DNA of 64,000 bases from an uncultured Chloroflexia bacterium (GCA_963777965.1 CAVZSS010000009.1:29379-93378); one strand, 5' to 3'. Shown: positions 52,492 through 62,653, counted from the stretch's first letter. The notes: a model not told the origin generated them from the sequence alone. Made by a program: numbers and translations.

Positions 52492-54268
52492 TTATTTAAC
52501 TACTGGGATGGTCTCGAGCTGCTCGACCAGTCCTTGGATGACATTAAAACCACCCTGCCAAAAGCTTGCGTTATGTATATTTATCCCTGCATCAGAAAGT
52601 ATTTTTTCAGGGGGTTTTGACCCGCCTGCTGAAAGCAAATCCAGGTAGCGCGGCTTAAATGCGTTCCCTTCCACCTTATATTGCTGGTATAGGGATAAAA
52701 CCAGTAATTGACCAAAGGTATATGCATACACATAGAATGGTGTCTGGTAAATGTGGGGGATAGACACCCACTCCCAGCGGAATTCATCGCTGACTTCGAT
52801 GGCATCTCCAAACTGTTTATTCAGGTTCTCCAGGTAGGCGTTTGATAATTCATCAATCGTTGCGCTATTCTGAACCATATCATGGGCATGTCGTTCAAAC
52901 AAAGCAAATTGCGACTGGCGCATAACCGTAGCATAGGCGTCATCAACCTGGCGGAAGAGCAATGTTTGACGCACAGAAGCATCACTTTTTGTAGCCAGCA
53001 AGTGATCAATCAGGACCATCTCGCCAAAGGTGGAAGCTGTTTCGGCCAACGGGAGTGATGAATGGAAAGTGAACAGGCTGTGATCTGCAGCCAGCTGGGA
53101 GTGAATCGCATGACCAAGCTCATGAGCCAAGGTCGCCACATCATCGGGTTTGCCTTGATAGTTGACTAGAACCCAGGGAGTGATATCAGGGGCTACCGTC
53201 GCGCAAAATGCACCGCTCATCTTCCCTTTACGCACCTCGCTATCAAGGTGGCGTTGTTCAAGTACTTTATGGGCAAGATTGGATATTCTTGGCTCAAACC
53301 GCTGAAATGCATCAAAAACCATATCAGCGGCTTCATTAAAACTGTACATTTTCTCTGTTTTTACCACCGGCGCATAAATATCATAGCGGCGCAAGCGTTC
53401 CATTCCCAACCAGCGCGCTTTAAGTTGGAAAAATCGTTGAAAAACCGAAGTATTATCCTGGCATACACCCAATAAAGTGTCCACCACATCATTAGGGATA
53501 TCATTTGCCAGGTTACGCACAGCCATCGGACTGGTAAAGTGTCTCATATCCAGGTTTTCGTTATGCCAATCTCGCACCAGGGTCTGGTACATCTGGCCTA
53601 AGATTATGCCATCCTGACCATAAACACGGTATAGCTCCTGGTATGCCTTGGCGCGCATCATTGGGATCATAACTGCGTACGAAAACCATTAATTCTCCGC
53701 GGGTAAGCTCCTTTATCTCCCCGTCTACTTCCAGGTGGAAGATGTAACGATTGGTTAGTGTGTTGTACAGGTTGATGATCGCCCTCACACCAGTGACATC
53801 CTTGATATTAATCACCTTCTCTTCGGATTCCGTCAAGGTGTGCGGCTTGAAATGGCGCATCTCTTCCAGCCAATAGCGGTAATCGCCGGAGTAAGCCATC
53901 AACCGCTCGGCATCCTCCTCCTCCAGACTTTTCCACCACAGGCTAAAAAATAAAACGCGATTGGATATCAGCGCCATGCGGCTATCAACATCAGATTGAA
54001 AAGATTGTACAGCCTGGTCCTGAGTATCAGCGGCAAAACTTAACCCTGCAAAGTCGGCAATCCTGTTAGCCAGGCGCGAGATGGCTTCAAGCAAGCGAAT
54101 AGTATATAAAAATGCGTCCGGTGGCATTGCTGGGGAAAGGCTTGGGCGCAGGGCTTCGAGTTCAACCACCTTAACATCCACCTCGTCAAAGGCTGCTTTC
54201 ATTTCAGGGCTGTCATACGCTGGAAATAGATCGGATAGGCTCCAGGGAGATTGGGTAAATGTCATCAT
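52492..54268 (-). pseudogene. pepF: M3B oligoendopeptidase F-like, one frame break
   Basis: HELGH zinc motif in ORF 52492-53670. The N-terminal 235 aa are in ORF 53561-54268. The junction …MVFVRSYDPN / MRAKAYQELY lies near 53660. Confidence 0.8.
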
Positions 54269-54332
54269 TGCTCCTTATTGTTATGCTGTGTTATTACGAG
54301 ATTTTTCAGATCTTGATTATTTTCTATTGGTA

Positions 54333-55397
54333 TTAGACATTAAATCGAATATGCACGATTTCTCCATCGTGAACCACATATTCTTTTCCTTCTAATCGCA
54401 GGCGACCTTTAGCTTTTGCCTCATTCAAGCCACCCAGAGAGATGAGCTCATCATACTGGATTGCCTCCGCGCGAATAAAGCCTTTTTGCAGGTCTGTGTG
54501 AATCTCACCTGCGGCTTCATAGGCGGTTGACCCGCGGTGTATGGTCCAGGCTCGCACTTCGTCAGCTCCGACGGTGAAAAAAGAGATTAACCCCAGCAAA
54601 TCATACGATAAACTGATCACGCGTGCCAAACCAAGCTCGCTGATCCCATACTCTGACATAAAAAGACCTACATCTTCTGGGGCAAGCTGAGCGATTTCCA
54701 TCTCGAGCTTGCCTTGAAGCGCCACCAGGTTGCTGTGTGTGTGAGGATACTCGACCGCAGGCATTTCTTGTCCTTCGTGAAGGTTGAGTAATACAAGCAA
54801 GGGTTTGCGGGTCAGGAAGCCGAAACCAGCCAGTGTTTTTTCTTCTTCAGCGGTCAGGTCGATCTCCCGCAAGGGGATCTCCCGGGAAAGGGCGTCTTTA
54901 AAACGCTCGAAAAGTGCACCCTCCCGCTCGATAACCAGGCGCTCGCGCCCGCCCCCTTTTTTCCGTTCTTCTGCCAGGCGTTCCAGCTTTCGCTCTACCG
55001 CAATCATGTCATTGATGAGCAGTTCAGCATCCATCGTGGCGATATCACGCAAGGGATTCACGCTACCCGATGGATGAGCGACATTCAAGTCTTCGAAACA
55101 GCGCACAACGTGCAGCAAGCCATCCATTTGGGTAATTAAATTAAGCAGTTGCCCGGATATGGCACTTTGGCTTCCCTCCAACCCGGCGATATCGGCATAA
55201 GTCACCTTGGCATAAATCGTCTTTTTCGGTTTAAACAACTCCGACAGGCGGTCAACACGCCCATCCGGCACGTCCACCACCCCGGTATGTACATCAAACC
55301 TTCCACCACTGGTGGTCAATGGCTGATGCCCACGCGTCAGGGCATTAAAAACCGTCGTCTTTCCAGATTGGGGCAAGCCAATGATCCCTAGTCGCAT
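54333..55397 (-). CDS. ychF: redox-regulated ATPase YchF
   Basis: GIIGLPQSGKTTVFNALT P-loop and a C-terminal TGS-like domain (…VHDGEIVHIRFNV). Confidence 0.9.
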   Translation of the reverse strand: MRLGIIGLPQSGKTTVFNALTRGHQPLTTSGGRFDVHTGVVDVPDGRVDRLSELFKPKKTIYAKVTYADIAGLEGSQSAISGQLLNLITQMDGLLHVVRCFEDLNVAHPSGSVNPLRDIATMDAELLINDMIAVERKLERLAEERKKGGGRERLVIEREGALFERFKDALSREIPLREIDLTAEEEKTLAGFGFLTRKPLLVLLNLHEGQEMPAVEYPHTHSNLVALQGKLEMEIAQLAPEDVGLFMSEYGISELGLARVISLSYDLLGLISFFTVGADEVRAWTIHRGSTAYEAAGEIHTDLQKGFIRAEAIQYDELISLGGLNEAKAKGRLRLEGKEYVVHDGEIVHIRFNV

Positions 55398-55523
55398 TGG
55401 GTATCTCCTGCATTAGATCAGAATAATTATTGGGTTGTTTTTCATCATGTGCGATTATACTGCGGTTAGGAGGAACCCCTAAACTTTCGTTTTAGTTTCG
55501 GGTATAATGTTCTCCACCAACTT

Positions 55524-55605
55524 GCCGAAGTGGCGGAATAGGCAGACGCGCACGACTCAAAATCGTGTTCCGTAAGGAATGAGGGTTCAATTCCCTCCTT
55601 CGGCA
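55524..55605 (+). tRNA. tRNA-Leu (anticodon CAA), copy 1, CCA not encoded
   Basis: Class II cloverleaf: acceptor GCCGAAG/CTTCGGC, anticodon stem CACGA/TCGTG, loop CTCAAAA, variable arm TTCC-GTAA-GGAA, T arm GAGGG-TTCAATT-CCCTC. TATAAT at 55503-55508. Confidence 0.9.
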
Positions 55606-55756
55606 CTAATTTTAGACAAAACCAGTCAGAATTTCTTGGATCTTGAGGAATTCTTGGCTGATTTGCGTTTTGAGTAGAGGGGATAATTAGATGAGCTTGC
55701 AATCATCTTTAATAAGAATTCCTCGGACGCTTGATGTATTCCCACTCATCGACATT

Positions 55757-56947
55757 CTATGGAGTCACAGCTTTACTCTGCTGTGAAGAGCAAGATTCCT
55801 TTTTAAGTTGGTGAATTAACTCTTGTATTGTTTGCAAAGGCATTACTGAGATTTTCTTATCAACCTGGTAAGCATCCACCCCGGGATAAACCACCCACAA
55901 ATAAGACAAGTCCAGATCGTGCATGGCAGTTTGCATCGAACGGGTAATCTCAGGCGCTTCACTGAACTTCACTTCGATCCCGTAACGTTTCCCTTTGTGG
56001 AAGAATAGCAAATCCAACTCCGCACCATTATGGGTTCCCCAAAAATAGGCTTCTAAGGGACGGATGATTTGCAGCACTTGCTCGATCACGTATCCTTCCC
56101 AGGAAGCGCCAACTTTGGGGTGACCCAATAGGGTATGTATATCCTGAATATTGAGTAAGCCGTGTAAGAGACCGCTGTCGCGCAAATAGATCTTCGGCGC
56201 CCGCACTTGGCGTTTGCCCATATTTTCATACCATGGCTGGAGTTGACGCACCATAAAAGCCCCGGTAAGAATATCCAGGTAACCGCGTACCGTTTTATCC
56301 GACAGCCCCATCGCACGGCCGAGCTCGGATGCATTCCAGGTTTGGGCGTGATAATGGGCCAACATCGTCCAGAAACGCCGCATTGAAGTGGCAGGAATTT
56401 GAATGCCAAGCTGTGGAATGTCCCGCTCCAGGAAGGTGCGGATAAATCCTTCCCGCCATGTCAAGGAGTCTGCTTCATCATCTGCAAGGAAAGAACGCGG
56501 GAAGCCACCTCGAATCCAGAGCAATTCCCAATTAGAGCTCCCGACTTCGGCTAGATTAAATCCATTTAGATCTACAAACTCGATCCGCCCGGCAAGCGTT
56601 TCTGAAGCATTCCGGATGATGTCAGGCGAGGCACTACCCAGGATGATGAAACGTGCTTTTTGTCCCGGGCGATCCGCCAGCACTCTCAGGGTTCCAAATA
56701 ACTCCGGCATCAACTGGATTTCATCCAGAATGACCAAGCCTTCCAGGGTTCTCAACACAAGTTCGGGGTTCTGGAGTCGGCGCTGATCCGGAATAGATTC
56801 CAGGTCAAAGAAAGTCGCTGGTTTGAGCTCAGCGAACATTCGCGCAAGGGTGGTTTTCCCTGTTTGTCGCGGTCCCAGCAACGCCGTTATGGGAGAGCGG
56901 CGAACTGCCGTTTTCAATAATTCGAGATAATCCGGGCGTTTAATCAT
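55757..56947 (-). CDS. AAA+ ATPase (AAA_14 / DUF4143 family)
   Basis: Walker A GPRQTGKTT and Walker B LVILDEIQ. The C-terminal half is DUF4143-like. Confidence 0.8.
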   Translation of the reverse strand: MIKRPDYLELLKTAVRRSPITALLGPRQTGKTTLARMFAELKPATFFDLESIPDQRRLQNPELVLRTLEGLVILDEIQLMPELFGTLRVLADRPGQKARFIILGSASPDIIRNASETLAGRIEFVDLNGFNLAEVGSSNWELLWIRGGFPRSFLADDEADSLTWREGFIRTFLERDIPQLGIQIPATSMRRFWTMLAHYHAQTWNASELGRAMGLSDKTVRGYLDILTGAFMVRQLQPWYENMGKRQVRAPKIYLRDSGLLHGLLNIQDIHTLLGHPKVGASWEGYVIEQVLQIIRPLEAYFWGTHNGAELDLLFFHKGKRYGIEVKFSEAPEITRSMQTAMHDLDLSYLWVVYPGVDAYQVDKKISVMPLQTIQELIHQLKKESCSSQQSKAVTP

Positions 56948-57002
56948 CCGCTAATTATAGCATGAAATCTCGGAGTCGTACTCCGAGATTTCCGATCGAT
57001 AT

Positions 57003-57326
57003 TCACTCTTGGCAAGGCCAAGTGAACATGAGAGTGGAAGCCATAATAGGTCTGTCGAGCAACATCATCGTGATCATTGGCTGCCTGACGAAAAAAGTTG
57101 TCCGATTAATCTTGCCTAAGCCTGGAAACCAATCTATATAGTTTCTGCAAAAGTATGAAAAATCTTCCAGACTAACCCGCTTAGGCTGAATACCGCTGCC
57201 CACACACATGGGGCAAGGGGCATAGCGTATGTATGTCTCGCCTTTGGAGCTCTTAGCCTCTCCCATAGGTACATAGGCTTCGCCATTACAGTGCGAACAA
57301 GTGGCTAGGATATGGACTTTGAGCAT
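57003..57326 (-). CDS. small protein with a DnaJ-type CxxCxGxG zinc finger
   Basis: CSHCNGEA … CPMCVGSG in the first 45 aa. AAAGGAGG RBS upstream. The C-terminal half is low quality and may be out of frame. Confidence 0.45.
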   Translation of the reverse strand: MLKVHILATCSHCNGEAYVPMGEAKSSKGETYIRYAPCPMCVGSGIQPKRVSLEDFSYFCRNYIDWFPGLGKINRTTFFVRQPMITMMLLDRPIMASTLMFTWPCQE

Positions 57327-57339
57327 GGTTACCTCCTTT

Positions 57340-57560
57340 CTTAGTAAGAATCAAAGAAGCCCGCCCCAAACTCAAGAAAATGAGTTCGAGACGGGCTTGG
57401 ATAAGCCGTGCGATATGACACGGAATACAGGTTGCACGGCTGCCCGCACCCCGCTCCCCCCTATCCAGGCGGTGCCCTATGGGGTCATCGACACTTGGGG
57501 AAATTATTCAATTGTTGATACCCCCTATGCTCACTTATCGACTTCTTGACCCCTTATCAT
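57340..57560 (-). promoter_or_regulatory. structured 5-prime leader with a terminator-like hairpin (candidate cis-regulatory RNA)
   Basis: On the minus strand there are nested helices GGGGUCA/UGACCCC, GCACCGC/GCGGGGUGC and GCCGUGC/GCACGGC. A 16-bp hairpin (57359-57396) is then followed by CUUCUUUGAUUCUU, the RBS and the ATG. Confidence 0.35.
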
Positions 57561-57999
57561 AGGTAGCTCTAAAATGAGCAGAATATGTAGATTGAAATCC
57601 TTTTCTCCTGAATGGTCTAGTAAACATGGAATATTGATGTTCCCGATGAATGTTCACATTTAGTAAGTGTAACCACTTACGTGTCTAGGTGATTATTGCC
57701 CAGAGGCGATTTCGAGGTGAAAATAGTGGAGTGTGTTGCGTTGTTAGGGATTCTTCAGTATACTAGATGTAAGTACAGTTGCAGCGCTTCTCGAAATGTG
57801 AAATGCGAGTAGCAATAACGCGGCTAGAACACTGTATATCCAGCTTATATTGCGATGATAAACAGGGAATTTGCAGGATATCAAGAGTCCGTAAAATCAC
57901 TAGTTAGCCGCCTGTTGCAGGAGTAAGGAGTAATCGCAAAAAATATAAACTTCCATTGTCACATGCGTTCTGATTCGTATTAGCCAAGGGAGAAAACTA

Positions 58000-58785
58000 A
58001 TGGATATACAGCAACCCGTTCCCAAAATTTCACTCGATGAGTTGCGACAGGAAATCAAGAAAGAGTACACCAATGTTGCACTCGACCCCAATAAGGGATA
58101 CCACTTTCACACTGGACGCCGTCTTGCAAAATTGCTCGGATACGATGAAGCCTTGTTCGCCGACCTTCCCGAAAGCAATATTGCCTCCTTCGCTGGAACT
58201 GGAAATCCGTTTTCTGTCGGAACAATCAATTCTGGCGAGACCGTCGTAGATGTTGGTTCTGGCGCAGGTTTCGATTCTCTTATCGCATCGCGTCTGGTTG
58301 GCGCATCTGGTCGAGTTATAGGCTTCGACATGACAGCGGAAATGTTGAAGAAAGCGCAAGCGGGAGCGATGGCGATGGGAGCATCGAATGTTGAATTCCG
58401 CGAAGGGCTTGCAGAGTCATTGCCTCTACCCGATAAGTTTGCCGATGTAGTGATTAGCAATGGCGTCCTCAATCTTACTCTCGACAAAACCGAGACGCTT
58501 CGTGAATGGTTTCGTATTCTCAAACCAGGCGGACGATTGCAGGTGGGCGATATTTTAGTTGAACGCGAATTACCATCAGATGCAGTAGATGATATTTCGC
58601 TCTGGACTGGCTGAATTGCTGGCGCTCTGCTGGACGCAGAGTTACTCCGCGCCGTGAGCGCGGCTGGTTTTGTAGATGAAAAAATCGTTCACAAGTACAA
58701 CAATTATGAAGATGTACCCGAGCCGTCTGACGCGCTGGATTTCGGAACGCAAGGTATCAGTTTCCGCGCTCAAAAGCCTTTATAA
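58000..58785 (+). CDS. SAM-dependent methyltransferase (ArsM-like, type 11) interrupted by an in-frame TGA at 58612-58614
   Basis: VVDVGSGAGFDS SAM motif. It is colinear with ArsM-type proteins up to DISLWTG-TGA-IAGALL, then stays in the same frame to TAA 58783-58785. Confidence 0.7.
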
Positions 58786-59238
58786 GATAAACAAAGGCTT
58801 CTCAATCCAAAGACGGCTAACAAAGCGTGCACTGGACGGGTGGGGATTCTGCGCCTTTTCAAGCATTTTCCTCGCTTTGAGTTTTTTCTGCTCTTGAACA
58901 TTATCCACGCCCCAGCGCAGGTAACGCAAGCCGTTGGGCTGTTCCGACAATATAAATGAGGTACGGGGGAAATATTTACGTCACAGAACCTCACAACGTG
59001 AGAAATCTGGATATGTGATTCCTGGAACGCACGTTCTATTCTGATACAATGAACTCATGAAATCCCTCGCCAAGGCCTCTCGCACGTGCAAGAAGGGCAT
59101 TGACTTGATATGATTTGATGTCAACGCACATTGATTGAAGATTTATATCTGATTTTACTAAAAGTTTACGGGTAGGATGTAGTGCCTTCACACACCAACA
59201 TCCATAACAGTAATTTCATACAAATAATATAGCTAAAC

Positions 59239-59616
59239 ATGACTCGATATTTTAAATGTTCAAAATGTGACATGATTTATGATCTACAGGAAACAAGTTC
59301 TGAACCTATCTCATGTCCTTTGTGTGGTTCTTTACAAGACCTATCTGTTTCTGTTGAAGAAACAATCCATGTCCATGAGTGGCTGCAAAAGAAAGATAGG
59401 ATAGCTGGCTATAAAGAACCAATAGGCGAACAAGTCGTTGGTGATGAGTTATCCTATTCATCTGGAAGATGGGTTTACAAACAGAGGATTATCGACCGAA
59501 CAAATAACTTGTATTATGAAGTCGTGATCGATAAAGAGACAGGAAATATTATTCATCATTGCAATGAACCATTAGATCAACATCATGGTCATGGTTCTGA
59601 TAAGAAATACAAATAA
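59239..59616 (+). CDS. hypothetical protein with an N-terminal zinc ribbon
   Basis: CSKC…CPLC within the first 30 aa. AT-rich, no recognisable family. Confidence 0.45.
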   Translation: MTRYFKCSKCDMIYDLQETSSEPISCPLCGSLQDLSVSVEETIHVHEWLQKKDRIAGYKEPIGEQVVGDELSYSSGRWVYKQRIIDRTNNLYYEVVIDKETGNIIHHCNEPLDQHHGHGSDKKYK

Positions 59617-59670
59617 GGCTTCTTCAATAAATAGATGCTTGTATTATCCAAGCCCTAATAGAATGGTTTG

Positions 59671-60574
59671 TTACAGTCTGTTATTATCTACAGGGCTCCC
59701 TATCCTGTGCGCCTGAGCAATGTCCTCTGTAGTTTGAGCTTTGTAAGCTGAAAACATCCACTCCAGCACGAAGCATGTTGAGAGCAAATGATCGTCGAAA
59801 GGAATGGAGAGTTGGTGCTTTTATTCCAGCCTGTTTCGCCCGACGTTCAAGTATCCCCCTCAAACCTCGATATTCCAATCGTTCTCCTTCTTCAGTTATC
59901 CACAGGGCAGGATGGTCATCTAGGCGATGCTTCAGATAAGTGCGCATGGATTTTCTACTCGCCTTTCCTATAAAGACGGTTCGGGATTTACCTCCCTTTC
60001 CATGATGGATGAAGATTTCTCCACTAACGGGATTGGTGTCTTGAATGTTTACTCCCAATACTTCTCGCGCTCTTGCTCCCGTATCTAGGAGAAACATTAT
60101 CAATGCTTTATCCCGATAATCCAGAAACGAATTTGCTTCGCAGGTTTTCACGAGTGCTGATACATCTTCAGGTTCAACGGGCGATAGCGGTTCGTTCGAC
60201 ACTTTGGGTGCTTTCACCTTGCAAATAGGGTTCTTCCAGCCGTCGGGTTCTGCTTCGCTTTCATACCACATTAGGAATACTCGTAATGTACTAAATGTGG
60301 CGTGTAATCCGCCAGGGTTATGCCCTGTTTCCTGATGCCATAATAGAAATTGACGGATAACATTGGATGTAATATCCTCAATACTGGATATAAGCTGCGA
60401 TTCGCAATACTTCATGAAATGCCCTAGTTGCTGTTTATAGAAGGTAAGCGTAAACCCTGATACCCCTTCTATTTTCTTCGATTGATAGAATTGATTCGCC
60501 CATTCAAGCAGGTTGTAACGGACAAGATTTTCTATAATCGTGTGCGTTGAGTTGTCTTGATTGTTTGTATACAT
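59671..60574 (-). pseudogene. tyrosine recombinase/integrase with a disrupted 3-prime catalytic region
   Basis: R (LDTGARAREV), K (GKGGKSRTV) and HxxR (LHSFRRSFA) are present. After …GVDVFS the conserved tail AYKAQTTEDIAQAHRIGSPVDNNRL appears only in another frame (stop at 59671-59673), and the LLGH box is missing. Confidence 0.75.
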
Positions 60575-60660
60575 GGTTTAGCCTCCTGACTAATGGTCTA
60601 GATATGGGGGCCTAACCATCTTTTCCCGATTTCATGTACTATATATGGGGGTAGCTTCCA

Positions 60661-60745
60661 GCCGAAGTGGCGGAATAGGCAGACGCGCACGACTCAAAAT
60701 CGTGTTCCGTAAGGAATGAGGGTTCAATTCCCTCCTTCGGCACCA
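60661..60745 (+). tRNA. tRNA-Leu (anticodon CAA), copy 2, followed by CCA
   Basis: Identical to copy 1 over 83 nt. Here the discriminator base is followed by CCA. Confidence 0.9.
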
Positions 60746-60753
60746 TACGGCGC

Positions 60754-60794
60754 AAAAACCACCTGAAACAATAATCATTGGGTGGTTTTTATTT
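60754..60794 (+). terminator. terminator-like hairpin after tRNA-Leu copy 2
   Basis: AAAAACCACC / GGTGGTTTTT stem with a 17-nt loop, then a T-rich tract. Confidence 0.55.
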
Positions 60795-60825
60795 ACCCAT
60801 TATTCCATATCTCTGGTATTTCAGC

Positions 60826-61224
60826 TTATCCTGCCACCCTGGTAAATACGCTGAACACAGGCGGGGTTTCCAGGTGTTTTTTCACCGCACACAACTCAGC
60901 TGTGCGCACTAATGATGGTAGATATTTCTCCGGGAAATCGGTTGGAACTTAAATCTCCAGGTCTACACTCTCAATCATACCGGTTTGCTGATTTCTATGG
61001 GCTCGCTGGATCACCCTCATCCCTTCCGTGGGCAGGTTTCGCTGCTTACAAAAGCCAAGTACATAGATCCCGGCACAGGTGGCAATTGAAGCCAGAAAGA
61101 GTAAGAATGGCGTGGGTGCCGAGCCAGGCGCGCCACTTTTATTGGGTTGGTCGGTCATCACGGTATAAGGTCCAAAATGGGCATCCACACGATCTCCACC
61201 CGGAAAATCAATCATCATATCCAT
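60826..61224 (-). pseudogene. OsmC/Ohr family protein with an in-frame TAA
   Basis: ORF 60949-61269 ends …IESVDLEI-TAA. The same frame continues VPTDFPEKYLPSLVRTAELCAVKKHLETPPVFSVFTRVAG to TAA 60826-60828. Both OsmC cysteine regions are present (IATCAG, AELCAV). Confidence 0.7.
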
Positions 61225-61317
61225 AAATATTCTCTCCACTGATCTTATTTTATATTGGGTTAGATGCAATTCTCTAACATTCGTTTCTTAACCAATAATT
61301 CTGGGTATGGAATAGCT

Positions 61318-62593
61318 TCACTCGATAAGATTGAAAGCAGGCGTAGATTCTTTTTGCCCTCCTTTCCATAACCAGAAAAACCAATAAAGGAAAACCGAGA
61401 TGGTATAAAGAATAATTGTACCCAGGAATGGAGGTCCAAATCCATAACGCACTTGAAGAATCCCGCTGATCGTCGGGCTGATCGCCCATCCAAAGTTCCA
61501 TGACATACTCACCAGGCTGGCAACCATTGCCCTGGAGGAAGCATCCACTTGCTCCATGACAAAAGTCTGGTACACGGGAGAGCTCATGTTCATCAGCGCA
61601 ACTCGAATGTAATATGCGAATGCGCTGACCCAGAACAGCGGGGCAAATCCTAACAAAATCAGGAATGGAATAGATAACGCTTGAGTGAACACTACAACCT
61701 GTATCTTTCCAAAGCGATCCGCCAACGGTGGGGCTGCCAATAAACCCAGCCCCATAGCCAGGGAACCCCAGGCAAATAAAACGCCGATCACCTGGTCTGA
61801 TTGGTTGTATTGTACGCGGAAAAATACATTCATGAAGGGCATGATCAACCCCGCCCCAATCGAAGTGATTAGCATGGGCAGAATGAGCTTGGTCAATTTC
61901 TTCGGGTGTTTTGTTGCAAAAGAAATAGGCGCAAAGACGGTTCTCTCTGCTTGTTCAACACGTGGTATGCGGATAAGAAGCAGAGGAATAATTCCCACAG
62001 CCAATGCAACCGCCACGACCAGGAGCGAACCAGCATAAGCCTGGCTGCTGATCGAACTCGACCTCAAGCCTGCCTGCCACCCAGGTCGGCAGGTAACCAC
62101 CAATCCAACTGCCCACAGAGGCAGATACCATTTGTAAACCAGCTGTCAAGCTGAATAAATAGGTGCGTTCATGCGTACCGCTGTTTTCCATCAAAAACGG
62201 GCTCATCGTAACAGCGGCCAGGCTCTGTGCAATACCGGACAGGATATTCGTGCCATACAGAACAGGTGTGACCGGAAAGATCACCATCATGCCAACAGAG
62301 ACGCTGATCAGCGCCGCTGAAATGAGCAGGGAAGCTTTTCGTCCCAGCAGATCCGCCAGGTAACCCATGGGTAAAGCAAAAATCAAGGCTGTAATGCTGC
62401 TGACGGTCACCAGGTTACCCAACAACTTCTCATCGTAACCCAGGCTGAGGATATAAAAATTAAACAATAAGCGGAAGATTCCCATGGCGATGCCGGTAAT
62501 CATTGCATATATTAAATACAGGCGTGCATTCGGGCGGAATGCCGCCAGGTGATCTCCGTAGTCTTTTATGGTGCGCTTGATACCAGCAATCAT
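61318..62593 (-). pseudogene. MFS transporter, one frame break
   Basis: ORFs 61955-62593 and 61318-62103 are colinear (…GGYLPTWVAGRL / RSSSISSQAYAGSLLVV…). The break lies near 62070. Confidence 0.75.
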
Positions 62594-62653
62594 GTTTTTC
62601 TATCGACTATTATTAATAAGAACATACTCCCTGTCAATGACAAAGATTACTAA

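Larger units (their letters stand above)
55524..60743. mobile_element. integrated genomic island bounded by an 83-bp perfect direct repeat (the complete tRNA-Leu(CAA) gene)
   Basis: 55524-55606 is identical to 60661-60743. The interior is visibly AT-richer, and a tyrosine integrase gene abuts the right repeat. Confidence 0.65.

Noticed and set aside
57397-57560. A ZTP (pfl) or other known riboswitch class in the island leader.
   Set aside because: Only a partial CCGCCUGG string resembles the ZTP 3-prime subdomain. The 5-prime subdomain consensus and the other class signatures (GEMM, fluoride, preQ1) are not visible. It is kept only as an unclassified structured leader.
58770-58994. Small ORFs in the island between the methyltransferase and the Zn-ribbon gene. 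One alternative minus-strand frame reads LRWGVDNVQEQKKLKARKMLEKAQ….
   Set aside because: They are possibly remnants of a decayed gene, but each is short and lacks a start or RBS, and I cannot assign any of them to a family.
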